From Catajapyx aquilonaris (Eukaryota): DNA of 41,372 nucleotides. Positions 38,101 through 41,372 of the stretch are shown here, one piece after another (within the stretch, counting starts at the first letter, position 1; the number at the start of each line of letters is the position of its first letter). Where the stretch lies: assembly GCA_000934665.2 (NCBI GenBank), contig JYFJ02007222.1, positions 1 through 41,372 on the forward strand, read 5' to 3'. A model generated the notes under the pieces. The model was not told the DNA's origin. It saw only the letters and a list, made by a program, of their open reading frames with translations, and searched no databases. Position numbers and translations under genes: made by a program.

Positions 38101-39179
38101 TCAGCTTTTCATGTGCGTTGCTGCGTAGTGCTTTCATGATAGACGGCGTAGTGTATATATGGAAATGTCGTTCACTATATCGTTCCGCCACACCGTGTCT
38201 ATAAAAATAAGCCCCCGGAATTTTTAAAACGCCATTATGAGTGCACGAGTGGGCTTATTAGATTCGTGGAACTTTCTGGCAAGAGCGTCAGTTGGCGCAC
38301 TTTTTTATATTTGCGCAGTGTGCATTTTAAAGTATGCTAACCGTCTAAAACTGACATAGTTTGCATTTTATGATAAAAATGCGCGCATCATACGGAATAA
38401 CTACTGGGCACGATTAAAGCGGAAATATATAGTCAATTGCATGTTTACGAGCTCTAATAATTATCGTGCACTCTTTGCCGTAATTGGCACACAGTAGACA
38501 AATATCGCATAATATGCAATACTGCTCCTTTGCCTCATATTTGATGCATAAAATAATCAAACGAAACGAAGTGAATTGGCACATAATGCCCCAATTTTAT
38601 GTTATCCAAAATGTACACTAATTGAGTTTATTAACACAATATTGATGCAAATAATTGGCCAAGAAATTCCCGGAAATTTTGCTCGCATTATAGCATAAAT
38701 CATGTCCACAGTATCTGTACAGTGTCATGTACAGTATCAGTAGACCAAATAGTGTGATGTGCATCCGCTGAGCGTCAGGAGCAGCCAGTTGCTATCGCAC
38801 TAGTCCCTTTCTAGGCCCTATCGATTCGCACTGCAAAAGACTAGCGGTCTAGCCGAGAAACTCCAGCCACTTCATCCTCTTCCACCACCACCTATCTTTT
38901 CTATCATGTGACCGAAATCTCTGCCGGCTCCATCTTTCACTGTCAAACCAATCCAATGACCTCACTCAACTCGGGTGTTAAAATAGAGAGCCCTGTTCCC
39001 TCCAAATAGGATCGAAGACAGACAGGGAACAATTTATTCTTATTTTTTGCACCTTACCTGGAATCTGGAAATGCTCTTTTTGAAGGGCGGCAAAAGTTTC
39101 TCGGTGGGGAAAAAAATGTATCAGAAAAGTTTTGGCCAGACTTTTGCAACCAACCATCAGTACAGTACTTTGCTATATT

Positions 39180-39400
39180 TTTGCACAAATTAATTGGCTG
39201 CTGGTTGCATAGCGCCAGGATGTGTCTTGCCGAAACTTTTTTGGTATACACAGTATTAGTAGCTTGGATGATTTCAGTTAGCTTATATGGGAGCAACTCA
39301 CTTTTGGGCAAGTTGGAAGAGAGTGAAGGAGTGGCATAAGGTAAGTAGGCCGTAATATAAGTTATGGGCGCTGTCGGGTTATAATTCTGGTTGCAAAAAG
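39180..39400 (-). pseudogene. Possible decayed APE-endonuclease fragment of a non-LTR element
   Basis: ITYITAYLPY...ELLPYKLTEII...HILALCNQQ loosely resembles 'VASAYLPY...EL..LI...LILGCDAN'. The resemblance is weak. Confidence 0.3.
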
Positions 39401-40801
39401 TGAAGCCAAGTAGTAAAAAGAAGAAAAAGGGCAAAGGGCAAGTGGATTACGGTTCCATTTGCCGAATAGTCCAATAACTCTGCCTGTCTCCCAGGTCCTA
39501 AGTGTCACGACAGAAAAAAAAGCAAGAGTGCAATTTCAGACTGTTGCTTCCAGAAAATGTGAAAAATATTGCCAAATTATTGGCGATGGTTTTGTATCTC
39601 CATATGGAGATCGTATATGGAAGAAGCACGTTTATCGGGACAGGCGACAGGTGTAATTCAATCGATAACACGAGAACGTGTTTCCATCCGTAGTTCCAGA
39701 ATCCGTGAAAAGATGGCGGACGTGAGATGCTCTGGGCATTGTGTTTTGTTTATATCTTTATTATGTGTTATTGTGTAATGTAAGTAATGAGAAAATACAC
39801 CTCTGCAAGAGGTTTACACCGTTCATCAGCGTAACAGCCACATTAATGGTGTCGCTTATTAATTTTTGTGACGCAATGCAGTATTGGTGATTCAGTATCA
39901 ATTTGGACAGTGTACCGCACATGCCTGAGAGCTAATACGGATAATCGTGAGATCAGGCATAGTATGCAGTAAATATTCATTGCACTGGAGCCGACACTTT
40001 GTAAATTAATTATTTGCGAGCCACACTAGGGGTTATTTGACACCGCACCTGTAAAGTTGTGATACAGTTTTGTTTCATAGCGTGCGTACAGTACCTCATT
40101 ATTTGCAGTCAAGCAACTGCAGGCCCACGCGTCCTGATTAAAGTTGGAGAAACGTGAAAGGCAAATAAGGCCAAGCCGTATGGTGGAGAAAATATTATGT
40201 ACAGTACATGGTGTGGAATGTGGCCAATTTCGGGTTCTGCAGTCAATTGCGTCGAGTCCTTTCCCCTGCAGGCAATGAACGTCTTCCGGGATGATTGAGT
40301 CCTACGACACTGCAGTAACGCTGCTGCTCTAGGACTTGTCGCATTCCAGAAGTGTTTCGAAGGCCGCAAGTTCTTGATCCACTGCACTGGCAGGTCGTTG
40401 CCAGAAGTGGAGAAAAGAGACGTGATTGCATCGCCTCCCCTTCCCTGGTGCATCAGATTTCAATGTCTTAACCAGTTGAGATAATATGACACGGTTTTAT
40501 CCAACTTAATGTTAGATTAATAATGAAGCAGATTAGTGTCAAAAATGGCTGACCAATTCAGTTGGAACACATTTTTCTGCAGGAAAGTTGGTTGGAAAGA
40601 AAGGCGCCGAAGTGGGGCGTTCTGATGGATTGCTCACGTCTGCCGGACAAGGACGAGTTTTATCTCTCTCGTGAAGCTGTGCAACCTTCATTGGCCAGCA
40701 GGGGCTGCAGGGAGGGATTAAACACGCCTTCATCAATCTGACGTGAGCAATCTATCAGCTTTATCCGTGGAGCAGAAATTCACGCCTTTTTGTCATTCTT
40801 T

Positions 40802-40814
40802 TTGGAGCACCCTG
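40802..40814 (-). mobile_element. Solo TIR identical to that of the 5698-5764 MITE
   Basis: TTGGAGCACCCTG-TA with no partner end found nearby. A related solo end TA-CAGGGTGTTCCAA lies at 8322-8334. Confidence 0.55.
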
Positions 40815-41372
40815 TATGTTTCCTGGAGAGTGCTTTTTACGGGGTAAAGGCAAGCACAAATGTTTTTTTTTACAGTTCCAAGCGTGGGCAAAAATAGAAT
40901 TTCCTACGGAAATGAATAGCAGATGGTGTGCAGTGCAGTTTCCACGTGTGTTGAGTTTAATGAAAGCCTGCCGTACAAAGAGTACAGTAACAAGTGCTTC
41001 ACTCTCATTATATACTCGTAATTTGTACAATAGATGTGCGTTTCACATTGTCATTGGGTCTAATGTTAGCGGAAATTGTTCTTTAAATCATACTACGTTT
41101 GCTATAGGAGGAAAAAAGCGAAACTTTACAGTAATATTTTCTCTAATAATTTCATAGGCACTAGCCCAGCCTTACAGTTGTGAAAGCAACGATTTTTAAA
41201 TTATATCAGTAACATACAGTACGTTATAAAGCAAGCTAATGAGCAGGGCTGTGCAAGTATTTTTTGATATAATTATTCCCATTGTATTTCGAAAAACAAC
41301 TCTGCTAGATAAATTCGTGTTACTTGTGTTCAGTTTTCATTTGTAGGCTACATTAAATGCTGCACGGGGGGG

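Noticed and set aside
40318..40400. AFQKCFEGRKFLIHCT resembling Ty3/Gypsy RNase H 'YLEGRKF.I.TDH'
   Set aside because: It is a single short motif lacking the catalytic Asp, with no flanking pol motifs or LTRs.

Overview
This is animal (probably arthropod) nuclear DNA at roughly 40-45% GC, and it is almost all non-coding. I found no prokaryote-style operon, CRISPR array or recognisable RNA gene, and most ORFs in the supplied track look spurious. (1) Bases 1-2017 are one end of a CACTA/EnSpm(CMC)-type DNA transposon on the minus strand: CACTGAAAAAA terminus, palindromic subterminal repeats, and a cleanly spliced multi-exon gene resembling SAMD3-like accessory proteins that runs off the left edge. 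(2) The rest resembles the long 5' or intronic region of a + strand host gene. Two coding-like ATG-to-donor exons (7444-7616, 34887-35161) both end in phase 2, suggesting alternative first exons; the gene cannot be identified here. (3) The background contains several heavily decayed non-LTR retrotransposon fragments and many tiny non-autonomous DNA elements (TA-flanked CAGGGTG Tc1/mariner-type, TNA-flanked PIF/Harbinger-type, a TTAA-CCC piggyBac-like end). (4) A ~296 bp near-perfect duplication around a single N at 13629 shows the same site empty and MITE-filled, probably two haplotypes joined by the assembler. All protein-family assignments are by-eye motif recognition, not database results.
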